Source: Deltaproteobacteria bacterium
Lineage (GTDB): Archaea > Thermoplasmatota > Poseidoniia > Poseidoniales > Poseidoniaceae
Direction: 5' to 3'
NCBI GenBank assembly: GCA_028344335.1
Contig: JAOMAZ010000004.1
Span: forward strand, 1-62,008
Length of the DNA: 62,008 nucleotides
Shown here piece after piece: positions 46,424 through 56,684 of the stretch (its first letter is position 1; each line of letters begins with the position of its first letter). The notes beneath the pieces were generated by a model. The model made no database searches. It was not told the DNA's origin and saw nothing but the letters and a program-made list of their open reading frames with translations. Both the position numbers and the translations under genes were made by a program.

Positions 46424-49400
46424 CTAGTTAACGACGCGAATTGATGATTCACAGGTTGGGCATGTAAATCTGAACGGCGCTTCACTTCCCCGCGGTAAAC
46501 CCAATTTTGAATGACATGAAGGGCATTCAACTCTCCTATCAGAAGTTATTCGGACTTCACCAACTCCAAGCCCGTCTGCACCAATAGGTGCGGTAGATAC
46601 TTGCAAAGCAATCTCTGGTTCTTCTAGCATAGGAGGTGGTAAGTTGACCAAAGGAGGAAGTTCAACAACCACCTCATCTTCACGTCCCTTTCGGGATTTT
46701 GCACGTAATATAATGAAAGTCAAGAGCACAAAGGAAAGTATCCATCCTCCAGCCAAATAAGTCAATCCCTTTTGGTTATCAATCTCCATAGAGAAAGGCA
46801 AAGCAAGGCCTGATGGTGGTTGATGAGGACCAGCAATACTGACATCTACTGCCCCGCTCCGGTCAACCACTTCCAATCCATCAAAAGAGGAAGAAACCAA
46901 TAAGGTCAAATGGGCAATAGATTGATCATTTGTCATTGAGTCTAATTGGAGGCTGAATGAAACGCTGCTACCTGGTCCAAGGCGTGCAGTCTTACCCGGA
47001 ATGTTCGAACTAAGGTCGGTCCAAGAAGCATAAACTAAGCCAGAATCATCACCTTCGAGAGCCATGGTAATATCGATAATGTGGTTGACCTTATTCTTGA
47101 CTGTGATTGTGATTGTAGTACTACTATCATAATTCATTGCGGGTTGGGAACTTGAAACGGTTATTTCCACAACATCAACACCTGCGATGAAAGAGGATGA
47201 AATTTCTAAGATGTGTGAAGCAGAAATCGATGCACTTGGATCTGATAGAGAATGAATAGAAACCACCAAGTCTTTTGTTCCAGCCAATAAAGACTCAGAA
47301 GCATTGCAGGTGAATGGGATTGCGGCACTTGAAGCACCGGCTTCTAATTCATGCTCAGCAGCAATATCACAACTTAACCCAGACATTGAAAGTAGGAAGG
47401 AATCGGCGGCATTACCTGTATTACTTAGCACCAATGAGCCACTCAAAGTCCCACTAGGGGATACTTCTGAAGGTGTGTTAAGGAAAACTACTGAAGCGTC
47501 TACTGTTTGCTCAAAGACTGTTAAATTCCAACTAACAGTGGAATCGTCTGTGGTACTACTAGCACTAATGATTAGGTTAACGCTCTGAGCAGGGCCATCT
47601 GAAAGTCTTCTCAAGGTTATGTTAACATTACTAGATTGACCAGGTTCAAGGCTAACGGAATTTGCGTTCATAGAAACTTCGAGTGAAGTGCCAGCGAATG
47701 AATCATCTACTTCAATCAAGAATGTATCATTTGAATTACCTAAATTTGTTATGTGAATTACTGTTGATACAGATTCCCTACTGCCAACTACAACCCATTC
47801 TGATGCGGCAGATATTTTGACATCGGATTCAGCCAAAACTTGAGCCACCAAATTCAAGGATTCGCTCTCACCATTATCACTTGTCATGATAATTGAAAAG
47901 GTTTGGTCTCCCAAAGCGGCTGTAGGACTCGCATTCAGAAGAAGAGAAATCGTAAATTGGGAAGATGGCTCCAATATCATGCTTTGAGATTCGTTTTCCA
48001 AGACAAGAGAAAGTTCAGATGACAGACCACTACTTCCTAAACTAAGACTTTGGTTAACTGTAGAATCACTATCTACGGTGATGCTGAACTGCGTGCTAGA
48101 GTTTGGTAAGACCTGCACTCTATTGTCGGCAGGGCCAGCGACTGAATAGCCATATCTTGCCGAAATATTGAGTACCCCTGCTGCTGCACTACTAGCCTGT
48201 GAATGACGACTCTTTGCAGTAATAGTAAAGGTTGAAATATCAACTATTGAGATCCCCTCGGCAACACTAACATCGACATTGAATTGCTCAGAATCTCCAC
48301 GTTGAACAACAACCCAAGTACTTGGGGGATAAATCGAGACTCCTGCTGCTGATTGGCTTTCAAAGTAGATTTCATCTTCTTCGCTACCATCGTTAGCAAT
48401 CACCCATGTAACCTGCTTTGTCTCTCCAGGTGTGATGTTCAAAATTGAAGAAGGTGAGTCCAATCTCAAAGCATATGATACCCCGATTGTTAGATTAATT
48501 GTACTTGTATGGATTGAAGAATTATCGGCTATATTTGCTGCTTGCAAGGTTACAGAACAGGTATCGTTTAGATGGGCTGCTGATGGAATTGTCGCTTGAA
48601 CGGCGAGAGTTTCAGGCTCGCTAGGTGCTAGAAGTCCGCCATCGGGCTGTATAACTTGGAATTCGCACTCTCCTGTTTTGGATTGAACTGAATGAATATG
48701 CTCAGCATAATATGTGCCAAGGTTTGTGAATTTGACACTCAAGTTTTCGCTTGTTCCGGGCAACCACTGCACACTTGAATCGGTTAAATCGGTATAAGTT
48801 CCATTTGTCTCTTCAGTGACGTTGACAACTAGAGTCGTCGTCCATGTTAGATTCCCTTGGGTACTTGCTGCTGAAAGACTGAAGCCTTGGTAAATGGGTT
48901 GAATACCTCCTGGGACGGTTATTCTTAGAGTCTTAATTCGGGATTCTTGTGGATTCATGTCTAATAACTGGTCGTCCAACCAGCGTGCTTGCCAGCCGTT
49001 TGGTACGGCTCTGCCGCCGTTTGACATAGGCATGCCACTGCCATTACCTGAGCCATTTCCGCTGCCGTTGCCAGAACCGTTTCCACTTCCATTACCTGAG
49101 CTATTTCCGCTGCCGTTACCAGAACCATTGCCACTTCCATTACTTGGAGGTGCGGCTATGCAGTCATCTCCGCTATGTAAGCAAATGCCGATTGACATAG
49201 AGGCTATTAACGAGGAATTCCAACTTAAATTAGCATCAAGAGTTATGTTTCCTAAATCACTGGCATTCCAAGTCTCATTGACCGTGACTGAATTATTCGA
49301 TTGATTGACAACAGAACTTGCAGACCAAACTTGTGATCCATTTTCAGGATAAGATGCGACCATGGAAAAATCATAACCAAGGTCAGCGGTTAAATTATCC

Positions 49401-50161
49401 AAGTCAACACTGATACTAAGATTGTCATCTGAAATATTGTGGTATGAATTATTTGCTGGTGTGGTAATCAAGACTGACTCATTGCCACTTGGTTGTGGTA
49501 ATTGAGCAACTGCCCAATCAACCCACCACTGAGATAGATCAGGCTCTTCCTCAACAGCGAGTAGAATTGAATCAATGACATTGCCCTGATTTGTGACCGA
49601 TATGTTGAGGTCAAGAGTACTTCCTGGCGCCATGGAAACCATTCCCATATCACCCATTGCCGCAGCATCAATGCTGGCTCCGTGCAGCGGGAGTACACTC
49701 AATTGAACAGTAATCATCGATGAAGAACTTCCATCTGATTCATTGACATAAATCGCTACATTCCCACTATCAGAAATCTGCGCATCGATACCTAGTCGCA
49801 CCACGATTGTAGTATCTGCAGAGAAGGTTGGAAGTACATCTTCCACCACATCTTCGGCTGCTAAAACGGTCCATGAAGATGCCAAGCCGGAGGAATAAAT
49901 TGAGACATTAAAGTCCTCGATACTGGAACCATTATTGTCTATTGTCAAAGTAATATTACTCGAATGACCTGGTGATAATTGAACATGCAAAGAATCTACT
50001 GAGAGTAGAATATTGTCGGCGGCCGAAGCAGGAATTGCCATAATTGGAGATATAGATGCAAGGATTAGTAAGGCCACCCATAGGGTGGCCCTTCTAGCAT
50101 CAGATTGTGCTTGAGACACGCTTCTCCGACAAAGAGGGTGCGTATAAGCAGAATGGCTCAT
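46424..50161 (-). CDS. Surface protein with tandem Ig-like repeats, NGSG linker, TM and cytoplasmic zinc ribbon
   Basis: Repeated xPG...VTNxGNxxD Ig-like units; TM YLAGGWILSFVLLTFIIL; C-terminal CPSC...CPTC. True start probably a little downstream of 50161. Confidence 0.85.
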   Translation of the reverse strand: MSHSAYTHPLCRRSVSQAQSDARRATLWVALLILASISPIMAIPASAADNILLSVDSLHVQLSPGHSSNITLTIDNNGSSIEDFNVSIYSSGLASSWTVLAAEDVVEDVLPTFSADTTIVVRLGIDAQISDSGNVAIYVNESDGSSSSMITVQLSVLPLHGASIDAAAMGDMGMVSMAPGSTLDLNISVTNQGNVIDSILLAVEEEPDLSQWWVDWAVAQLPQPSGNESVLITTPANNSYHNISDDNLSISVDLDNLTADLGYDFSMVASYPENGSQVWSASSVVNQSNNSVTVNETWNASDLGNITLDANLSWNSSLIASMSIGICLHSGDDCIAAPPSNGSGNGSGNGSGNSSGNGSGNGSGNGSGNGSGNGSGMPMSNGGRAVPNGWQARWLDDQLLDMNPQESRIKTLRITVPGGIQPIYQGFSLSAASTQGNLTWTTTLVVNVTEETNGTYTDLTDSSVQWLPGTSENLSVKFTNLGTYYAEHIHSVQSKTGECEFQVIQPDGGLLAPSEPETLAVQATIPSAAHLNDTCSVTLQAANIADNSSIHTSTINLTIGVSYALRLDSPSSILNITPGETKQVTWVIANDGSEEDEIYFESQSAAGVSIYPPSTWVVVQRGDSEQFNVDVSVAEGISIVDISTFTITAKSRHSQASSAAAGVLNISARYGYSVAGPADNRVQVLPNSSTQFSITVDSDSTVNQSLSLGSSGLSSELSLVLENESQSMILEPSSQFTISLLLNASPTAALGDQTFSIIMTSDNGESESLNLVAQVLAESDVKISAASEWVVVGSRESVSTVIHITNLGNSNDTFLIEVDDSFAGTSLEVSMNANSVSLEPGQSSNVNITLRRLSDGPAQSVNLIISASSTTDDSTVSWNLTVFEQTVDASVVFLNTPSEVSPSGTLSGSLVLSNTGNAADSFLLSMSGLSCDIAAEHELEAGASSAAIPFTCNASESLLAGTKDLVVSIHSLSDPSASISASHILEISSSFIAGVDVVEITVSSSQPAMNYDSSTTITITVKNKVNHIIDITMALEGDDSGLVYASWTDLSSNIPGKTARLGPGSSVSFSLQLDSMTNDQSIAHLTLLVSSSFDGLEVVDRSGAVDVSIAGPHQPPSGLALPFSMEIDNQKGLTYLAGGWILSFVLLTFIILRAKSRKGREDEVVVELPPLVNLPPPMLEEPEIALQVSTAPIGADGLGVGEVRITSDRRVECPSCHSKLGLPRGSEAPFRFTCPTCESSIRVVN
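49034..49143 (-). repeat. NGSG x9 coding repeat with a 48-bp higher-order unit
   Basis: 49041..49088 and 49089..49136 are near-identical 48-bp units; protein reads NGSGNGSGNGSGNSSGNGSG... Confidence 0.9.
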
Positions 50162-50595
50162 TCAGTTTCTTTTGTCCCGAGTCTGATTGGAAAAGCAAGG
50201 TGCCTCAAGGCTATGTAAATTATGATTCCAAATGAAGCGGCATTAGTGACCCACGCAAGGCGATGGTGCCAACCAAGTATTTCAATCAAGATAACTTCAG
50301 AAATTGTCGACAAAATGAGGGTGCACCCATAGACCCCAACTGCCATCGGCAAACTATGTTCGATTGGCACACTTGAATGGAAGGTAACCAAACGATGGGT
50401 AGTGTGAGCGATGATTGAACCCATCGAATATGCCAAAACCCAACTCATCGCTGCACGATGTTCAAGACCGCTTGAAAGAAAATACAAGCCCTCGTAAAAA
50501 CCGTAAAAAATAGCGGTGTTGAGAGCTCCAATCATAACGAAACGTTTGAATTCATCCTTTTCCATCAGAAATTGCGAATCACTCAAGAACATCAC
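50158..50595 (-). CDS. GtrA family protein
   Basis: FKRFVMIGALNT, HRLVTF; four TM helices. Confidence 0.8.
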   Translation of the reverse strand: MMFLSDSQFLMEKDEFKRFVMIGALNTAIFYGFYEGLYFLSSGLEHRAAMSWVLAYSMGSIIAHTTHRLVTFHSSVPIEHSLPMAVGVYGCTLILSTISEVILIEILGWHHRLAWVTNAASFGIIIYIALRHLAFPIRLGTKETE

Positions 50596-50942
50596 CCAGT
50601 TATGTCTTCAAGTCTTTCCTTGATATCCTTGGGCATAGGTTCGCCCATCATCAAATACATGGCAACAACTTGGGATAAATGAAGCACCTCTTCATCTTCA
50701 TCTTTCTCTAAATGGGCAGCATCAGCCAGACCCCAGTGTGCAACGATTAGGCCAATATCATCCTTCATTCCTCGAGCTAGTTCGAGGCTTTGTTCTAATA
50801 GCAACTTGGCCTCCTCAGGTTCATTGTTTTTCAATAAAAGGTGCGCAAGGTCGGCTAAAGCAGTCATCTCACTACTTTCATTATGAGTAGTTTGAGCCAT
50901 CACCAGAACTCGGCGTTGGGACTCAATGCTTAATTCATCCAT
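50592..50942 (-). CDS. Small TPR-like helical-repeat protein
   Basis: ALADLAHLLLKNNEPEEAKLLLEQSLELAR...AHWGLADA; likely start MDELS at 50942. Confidence 0.65.
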   Translation of the reverse strand: MDELSIESQRRVLVMAQTTHNESSEMTALADLAHLLLKNNEPEEAKLLLEQSLELARGMKDDIGLIVAHWGLADAAHLEKDEDEEVLHLSQVVAMYLMMGEPMPKDIKERLEDITG

Positions 50943-50952
50943 ATTTTTAGCC

Positions 50953-51750
50953 TCAAATTGAGCGCATTCTTCCGCCATCAACTGCTAAGCTAACACCGCG
51001 GATACCGCCGCTATGTGGCAGGCATAGGAAAACCACGGCATTCGCAGTTTCTTCAGGTTTGATCAAACGACCAATCGGTACTTGAGATAGCCAAGTTGAG
51101 CGTATCTCTTCCTTGCTACGGCCCGTTTTGCTTTCAATCGAAGCGGCGAGAGATGCTAATCTGTCTGTATTTGTGAACCCAGGTAAGATATTGTTGATTG
51201 TTATGCATTCAGGTAATTCACGAGAAAGTGACTTGGACCATGAAGCCATGGCACCACGAAGAGTATTGGAAAGTCCAATATTAGGGATTGGTTCTCGAAC
51301 TGAAGTTGAAATAATGTTGACTATTCTACCCCTACCAGATTCAACCATACCTGGTACAAGTAACTTGGTTATCGTATGAGCCGCATGTAGGTGGCGCTTG
51401 AATGGTGCCTCAAATTCCTCAATTTCACTGTCCAGCAATGGGCCTCCTGGGGGGCCCGCTGAATTATTGACTAGAACTTGAATCGGTCCATCTTCAAGGA
51501 GAGTAGAAATTGCGGCTTTCACGGCCGCAGTATTTTCTAAATCAAGACTAAGAATAGAATGCCCAGGGCCCGGCAATGAAGCGCATAAGCCAGCAAGTTC
51601 TTCTTCATCTCGACTACACAAAATTACTGTGCAACCTACTTCTGCCAAAGCCTTGGCCGTTGCTCTTCCAATTCCCTTTGAAGCTCCACAAACTAAGGCT
51701 TTCATTCCTTCCATCGCGGTGCGCGTAAATGGCGATTTACTATCTAACAT
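50953..51750 (-). CDS. SDR family oxidoreductase
   Basis: ALVCGASKGIG, LVNNSAGPPGG, GRIVNIIS, SNTLRGA, INNILPG, VDGG; start uncertain (51759, 51750 or 51714). Confidence 0.9.
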   Translation of the reverse strand: MLDSKSPFTRTAMEGMKALVCGASKGIGRATAKALAEVGCTVILCSRDEEELAGLCASLPGPGHSILSLDLENTAAVKAAISTLLEDGPIQVLVNNSAGPPGGPLLDSEIEEFEAPFKRHLHAAHTITKLLVPGMVESGRGRIVNIISTSVREPIPNIGLSNTLRGAMASWSKSLSRELPECITINNILPGFTNTDRLASLAASIESKTGRSKEEIRSTWLSQVPIGRLIKPEETANAVVFLCLPHSGGIRGVSLAVDGGRMRSI

Positions 51751-51798
51751 TCTCTTCATTCCTCCAATTGCAATTTTAATTCTTCCAATATAATTTAT

Positions 51799-52521
51799 TC
51801 AGTCACAATAATGTGCATATGTTTGTTCAGCCAGCTTCTGATAAACTACTTCTAAAACCTCATCAGGAGCATTTCGGAAAGTCGGATGTTCAGTCTCTCC
51901 TTGTGGTCTACGCATCGCATTCCATTCTCCTGCTTCATATGCCATTAGGGCTTCCTTCATCAATACACCTGCTAAAACCAAAGTCTCGTAGCACAGGTCT
52001 TCGTAAGTCATTCCTCGCTTAACTGGTACTTCACGACGCATCAATAACTCTCCCGTATCAATCCCATTATCGCAGAAATGGGTCGATGAACCGATTGGGA
52101 TATCGTGGTAAACAGACCAAGCAGGGCTAGCACTACCTCGACATTCAGGCAATAAGCCAGGGTGGGAGTTGATGACACCATCTTTAGGATGATCAAGAAT
52201 TTCTCCACGAATTATTCGAGTTCCTCCAAATACGATGAGGTCTAACTCTAGTTCGCGCAGATGAGGCATAACCTGTTCAGAATTATGAATAGAAACTTCC
52301 ACATGCGGAATATCTAATCCAGACATTTGTTCAACAATAGTATCAGCAATAGGATTTCCTTCAATACGGGCGAGGAACTTTTCTCGTTCTTCATCGGCGA
52401 TGGGGGAATCTTCTGATATGATTATTGATGGGATGAAATCTTGCGATATTAACTGTTTCAACATCTCCCTCCCATAAGGGTGCTCTTTGAGCAGTAAATA
52501 GGCAAATGCTAGTTTGGCCAT
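51799..52521 (-). CDS. Formyltransferase family protein (Fmt/PurN-like catalytic domain)
   Basis: INSHPGLLPECRG, GSSTHF, GIDTGE (N, H and D catalytic residues). Confidence 0.85.
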   Translation of the reverse strand: MAKLAFAYLLLKEHPYGREMLKQLISQDFIPSIIISEDSPIADEEREKFLARIEGNPIADTIVEQMSGLDIPHVEVSIHNSEQVMPHLRELELDLIVFGGTRIIRGEILDHPKDGVINSHPGLLPECRGSASPAWSVYHDIPIGSSTHFCDNGIDTGELLMRREVPVKRGMTYEDLCYETLVLAGVLMKEALMAYEAGEWNAMRRPQGETEHPTFRNAPDEVLEVVYQKLAEQTYAHYCD

Positions 52522-52566
52522 GCCTCTGCGAGGAGGACATAGACCCCGTGATTTTCGGTCTTGTCA

Positions 52567-53973
52567 TCAGGGAGTACATCGCTTTCTATCACGCGGGAAT
52601 AATACTGTTTCACGGACATTGCGACTACCTGTCAAAGCCATTGTTAGGCGAGCAACCCCCAGCCCCCAACCTGCATGAGGTGGTGCTCCGAAACGGAATC
52701 CATCGATGTAAAAATCGAAATCAGCGGGGTCTAAGTCGACATCTATTAAGTTCTGAGTCAATACATCTGCTCGGTGTTCTCTCTGACCGCCACTGGTCAT
52801 TTCGTCTCGGCCATAATTTAGGTCGAAACCGCGAGAAAGTTGTCCTCCACTTGAGGAAGTCTCATCTTTCTCATGATAGATGTAGAATGGCTTCATCGCC
52901 ATTGGCCAGCGAGGTATGAAATGGAAACCAGAATGATGTTCTGCAATGATATCAGCGTGGTGGGCTTCGATATCATCTCCCCAAGTTATGTCTTGACCAG
53001 CAGCAGCTATCATTTCGATGGCATCGCTATATTCAACTCGTGGGAAAGGAATGCTTGGCACCTCTACTACGATATCCTCCATCTCTTGAGTGCGGCGGTA
53101 AACATTGATGGCTTCTATTTCCTTGCCATCATTGGCAGCAACTGATGACCAAATATGGTGAATCATTCGCTCCTGAACTGCCATCACGTCCTCATCATTT
53201 GCCCAAGCCATCTCGATATCGAAGGAAACGAATTCGTTTAGGTGGCGGTAAGTGTCGTGATTTTCTGCTCTGAAGGCTGGACCGATTTCGAAAACTCTTT
53301 CCAAGCCGCCAAGAATTGCCAGTTGCTTGTATAATTGAGGGCTTTGGGATAGGTATGCATCTCTCTCGAAGTATTTCATTGGGAAGAGGTTTGTACCACC
53401 TTCAGCAGCAGCAGCGATGATCTTTGGGGAATTTATTTCTTTGAATCCTTCGCTAATCAAATGCTCTCTTCCGTATTGTAGAATCTTGGCTCTCAAATTA
53501 AAGATTGCATTGACATGAGTACGGCGTAAGTCGAGGAAGCGGTTATCCAAGCGGGTGTCTAATTCAACGTGGACTGTATCGGTAACTCCGAGCGGAAGTG
53601 GAGTTGCGGCCTGTGAGAGAATGTTGACCCCATTTGCTACAACTTCATATTCAGTTGGTGGAATAGGCTCTCCTTCTGCTACCTTTGGAGCACGCTTTTG
53701 AGCTACGGTTCCAGTGAACTGAATAGTCGATTCACGGCTGGTATTTTGCACGCTACTCAACACATCATCATCGACCAAGCCCTGTTTGAGAAATACTTGG
53801 CAAAGGCCTGTTCCGTCTCGTAAGTCAAGAAAACAGATTTTCCCCTTGCCACGGATGGCTTGGGCATAACCACAGATAGTTACTTCCTTGTCGAGCAAGT
53901 CAGCTCCCTGAGTTTGGATTTGGCCAAGGCTGTGAGTGCGGTAGGCGGTTGGGTATAGGGTGCTGTCTGCCAT
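52567..53973 (-). CDS. aspS: Aspartate--tRNA ligase (archaeal type)
   Basis: N-terminal OB fold [67 protein letters not shown]. Confidence 0.96.
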   Translation of the reverse strand: MADSTLYPTAYRTHSLGQIQTQGADLLDKEVTICGYAQAIRGKGKICFLDLRDGTGLCQVFLKQGLVDDDVLSSVQNTSRESTIQFTGTVAQKRAPKVAEGEPIPPTEYEVVANGVNILSQAATPLPLGVTDTVHVELDTRLDNRFLDLRRTHVNAIFNLRAKILQYGREHLISEGFKEINSPKIIAAAAEGGTNLFPMKYFERDAYLSQSPQLYKQLAILGGLERVFEIGPAFRAENHDTYRHLNEFVSFDIEMAWANDEDVMAVQERMIHHIWSSVAANDGKEIEAINVYRRTQEMEDIVVEVPSIPFPRVEYSDAIEMIAAAGQDITWGDDIEAHHADIIAEHHSGFHFIPRWPMAMKPFYIYHEKDETSSSGGQLSRGFDLNYGRDEMTSGGQREHRADVLTQNLIDVDLDPADFDFYIDGFRFGAPPHAGWGLGVARLTMALTGSRNVRETVLFPRDRKRCTP

Positions 53974-54084
53974 ATTATTGCGGCCATCATGCTAATCTCT
54001 TGAACCCTTTCACCAAGCATGGCCGAAAACCTTGCCGATTCTTTGATGCGATGGTTTTTCATTCAAGTGCTCGACCCGCAGTAT

Positions 54085-55401
54085 ATGATTAGGCGACCTC
54101 AAACCATGCTTTTGGTCTGCTTGATGCTCTCATCTGGTCTACTCGGCTGCTTTGGAAACGAAGATTCTGAGATTTCAACTGAATTATTCGTTGCCTCTTT
54201 TGAGTTGTCCGCCCCAGCAGGTGAATTATTCTACTATACCGTTGAATCCAACATCGATTATCACATTGAAATCGATGGCGCCGGCTTCTTGGTTGATGAA
54301 AACGGAGTGGTTAGGGATGGAGGGAACTGGACTTATCCAGCTGGCTTCGCATCGCCGGGATTGTTTATGCATCCTGTAGTTGGTGAATTTGCTACTTTGA
54401 ACATAACAGCCGGCGAGATGACTGAAAGCATCAATGTCAGCGTCGTAGATGCTGCTGGAATAGTCAACGGTCAATCCGCCTTCGATACCATCGATTGGCT
54501 AACTACTGACCATAACAATCGCTGGTGTGGAAAAGGCTCAATCCATGATGGAGGTGAGAATTATGCAGCATCTGCTGAAGCAATGAAACAGCATCTCCTC
54601 AACATCGGCTTCGACCATGTTGAAGTTACAGAATATGAGGAGGACTACCTAAAGGACATTGTCGCCTACAATTATGGCGAGGTATATCCTGATGAGTGGA
54701 TTGTTGTGGGTGGGCATTTCGATGTCGCCTATGCCATGACACCACCGGGTGGTGGAACATCCGAAGGCGCCAATGATGATACCAGTGGTAGCACCGTTAG
54801 TCTTGAGATGGCAGAAGCACTTGGTACCATGAATTTTGACCATACTGTTGTTGCAGCATTATGGGCTTGTGAAGAAGAGGGGCTGCTTGGAAGTTTGGCA
54901 TTTGTTGACCATATTCCTGAAAATGTAACTGTTAAGGCCTACATGAATTTCGATATGGTTTCCCTGAATTATCCAATTGTGCCACCCCCTGGCTATGGGC
55001 CATATGATTTGGGAATCGCAGTTGCTGGTGCATCGGATGAGAACCATACTGTGATGCTGGATTGGATTGAAAGTGTAGTGGTTGATGAGTTGCAATATTC
55101 TCCTACTTCTCAAAATGAAATTCATTGGTCAGCCGCTGAATCTTGTGCTAGCGATCATTGTTCATTCTTTAGAGAGGGATATGCAACTTTCAATTTCTTC
55201 AGTGCTGGAGGTGATATATCCTTCTGGCAAGAATGGCATTCAGGCACTGATAACCTTGATTTTATGATTGCTAAGGCGGGGGGAGAAGATGGCTTGGCGA
55301 GTGGCTTCAATACTCTTGTCTGGATTTCCTTGCAGTTATTCATTCACATCGACAATACTGGGGATGAGTTTCAGGGTCGTTGGGTCGAATCAACAGAATA
55401 A
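54085..55401 (+). CDS. M28 family metallopeptidase, lipoprotein
   Basis: Lipobox LLGC; VGGHFD, GANDDTSG, CEEEGLLGS, NFDMV, SDH, WHSGTD; start MIRRPQ at 54085. Confidence 0.9.
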   Translation: MIRRPQTMLLVCLMLSSGLLGCFGNEDSEISTELFVASFELSAPAGELFYYTVESNIDYHIEIDGAGFLVDENGVVRDGGNWTYPAGFASPGLFMHPVVGEFATLNITAGEMTESINVSVVDAAGIVNGQSAFDTIDWLTTDHNNRWCGKGSIHDGGENYAASAEAMKQHLLNIGFDHVEVTEYEEDYLKDIVAYNYGEVYPDEWIVVGGHFDVAYAMTPPGGGTSEGANDDTSGSTVSLEMAEALGTMNFDHTVVAALWACEEEGLLGSLAFVDHIPENVTVKAYMNFDMVSLNYPIVPPPGYGPYDLGIAVAGASDENHTVMLDWIESVVVDELQYSPTSQNEIHWSAAESCASDHCSFFREGYATFNFFSAGGDISFWQEWHSGTDNLDFMIAKAGGEDGLASGFNTLVWISLQLFIHIDNTGDEFQGRWVESTE

Positions 55402-55466
55402 GGTTGTTGTTTAACCGAAAAGAACGGGTATCAACAGCCTCTTCGCTAAACTGAGGGGGAGCCATC

Positions 55467-56684
55467 ATGGAGTACGATATTTTCTTCTCGATTTCTCAAA
55501 CTCCCGATGCTGAAGGCCATATCCCTTCTGAACAACGGATGTTGAAAAATTACTTTGAACAGGTAAAACTAGCCGACGATTTAGGCTTCGGTGTTGCATG
55601 GCTCGCGCAAGCACACCTATCCACTGAAACTCAAAAGTTGAACAAGAAACCTGTCGTACCACATTGGCAAGGAGAAGTTGGCCTCTGCACTGATTTCCCC
55701 CAATTGGCATTGGAAACTTTTCATCGTACCAAGCGTATTGATATTGGCTCAGCAGTATTGTCATTATTAGCCAGTGGTGGGCCAATTGCTCAAGCTGAAA
55801 GAATTGCCAACACTGTACAATTGATGGGGATGTCCTCTTCGCAAAGAAAGTTGCACGTTGGTTTCAGTGCTGGCCGCTTTGAGTTCATGGCTCGCCCATA
55901 TGGGGTAATTCCCCGAAATGAAGTTGAAGAAAAGTCGTGGCCTGCTTTGCGTGGTCAAATCTTCATGGAGGCATCTGAAATCTTCCTGCGTTTATTGCGG
56001 GGCGACCGGATTAGTTCTGAGGATATTCGCGCAACAACTCTAACAAGGGCAAATTTCCGTTCTGATGAAGATTGGCTGGCTGTTCAAGATGCTGCTGGTG
56101 GTGGGGATTCGGTTGATATTGAGCGCCGATACAAGTTTGAAGATATCAGTATCGTACCACGGAATTGGCCGCGTTCTCAACTGAAGTTAATCGCTGGAAC
56201 TCATGATCCTAATGCTCAGGAGTTCGTTAATTCGATTCTTCCTGTCAAGGTTTTCAACTTGTCAATAACTCAGCCTGAGGTAATCGAAGCAACCCATGCT
56301 AGAATGGCTGCTTGCTACCATCAAGATGGCGGTAACTGGAGCAGGAGAGATATGCCAAGAACTTCCTTTGTCTTCCTAAATGCTGAAGAAGGTTTGACTG
56401 CAGATGAACAAAGTACCGCTGCTAAACTTGAGGCAAAGGCTTCACTTGGCGCATATTGGGCTGCCCTAGAAGGTACACTCGATCCAGCAAAGGTTGCCAA
56501 GGCTGCTGACAATGCTTTAATCGGCAATCCAGCAGAAATCGCCGCCCAAATGCTCGAGCGTTTCCATCCAGAAGACAGGATAATGACTTGGTTTGATTTC
56601 TTTAATCATGATTCGGAGCGTGTCTGTCGCAACATGCGTGCTTTTATCGAACAAGTGGTGCCGTTGGTGGAGGCGGCGCTTTGA
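55467..56684 (+). CDS. LLM class flavin-dependent oxidoreductase (luciferase-like)
   Basis: LADDLGFGVAWLAQAH, TKRIDIGSAV, AERIA, LIGNPAEIAAQ, FIEQVVP. Confidence 0.85.
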   Translation: MEYDIFFSISQTPDAEGHIPSEQRMLKNYFEQVKLADDLGFGVAWLAQAHLSTETQKLNKKPVVPHWQGEVGLCTDFPQLALETFHRTKRIDIGSAVLSLLASGGPIAQAERIANTVQLMGMSSSQRKLHVGFSAGRFEFMARPYGVIPRNEVEEKSWPALRGQIFMEASEIFLRLLRGDRISSEDIRATTLTRANFRSDEDWLAVQDAAGGGDSVDIERRYKFEDISIVPRNWPRSQLKLIAGTHDPNAQEFVNSILPVKVFNLSITQPEVIEATHARMAACYHQDGGNWSRRDMPRTSFVFLNAEEGLTADEQSTAAKLEAKASLGAYWAALEGTLDPAKVAKAADNALIGNPAEIAAQMLERFHPEDRIMTWFDFFNHDSERVCRNMRAFIEQVVPLVEAAL

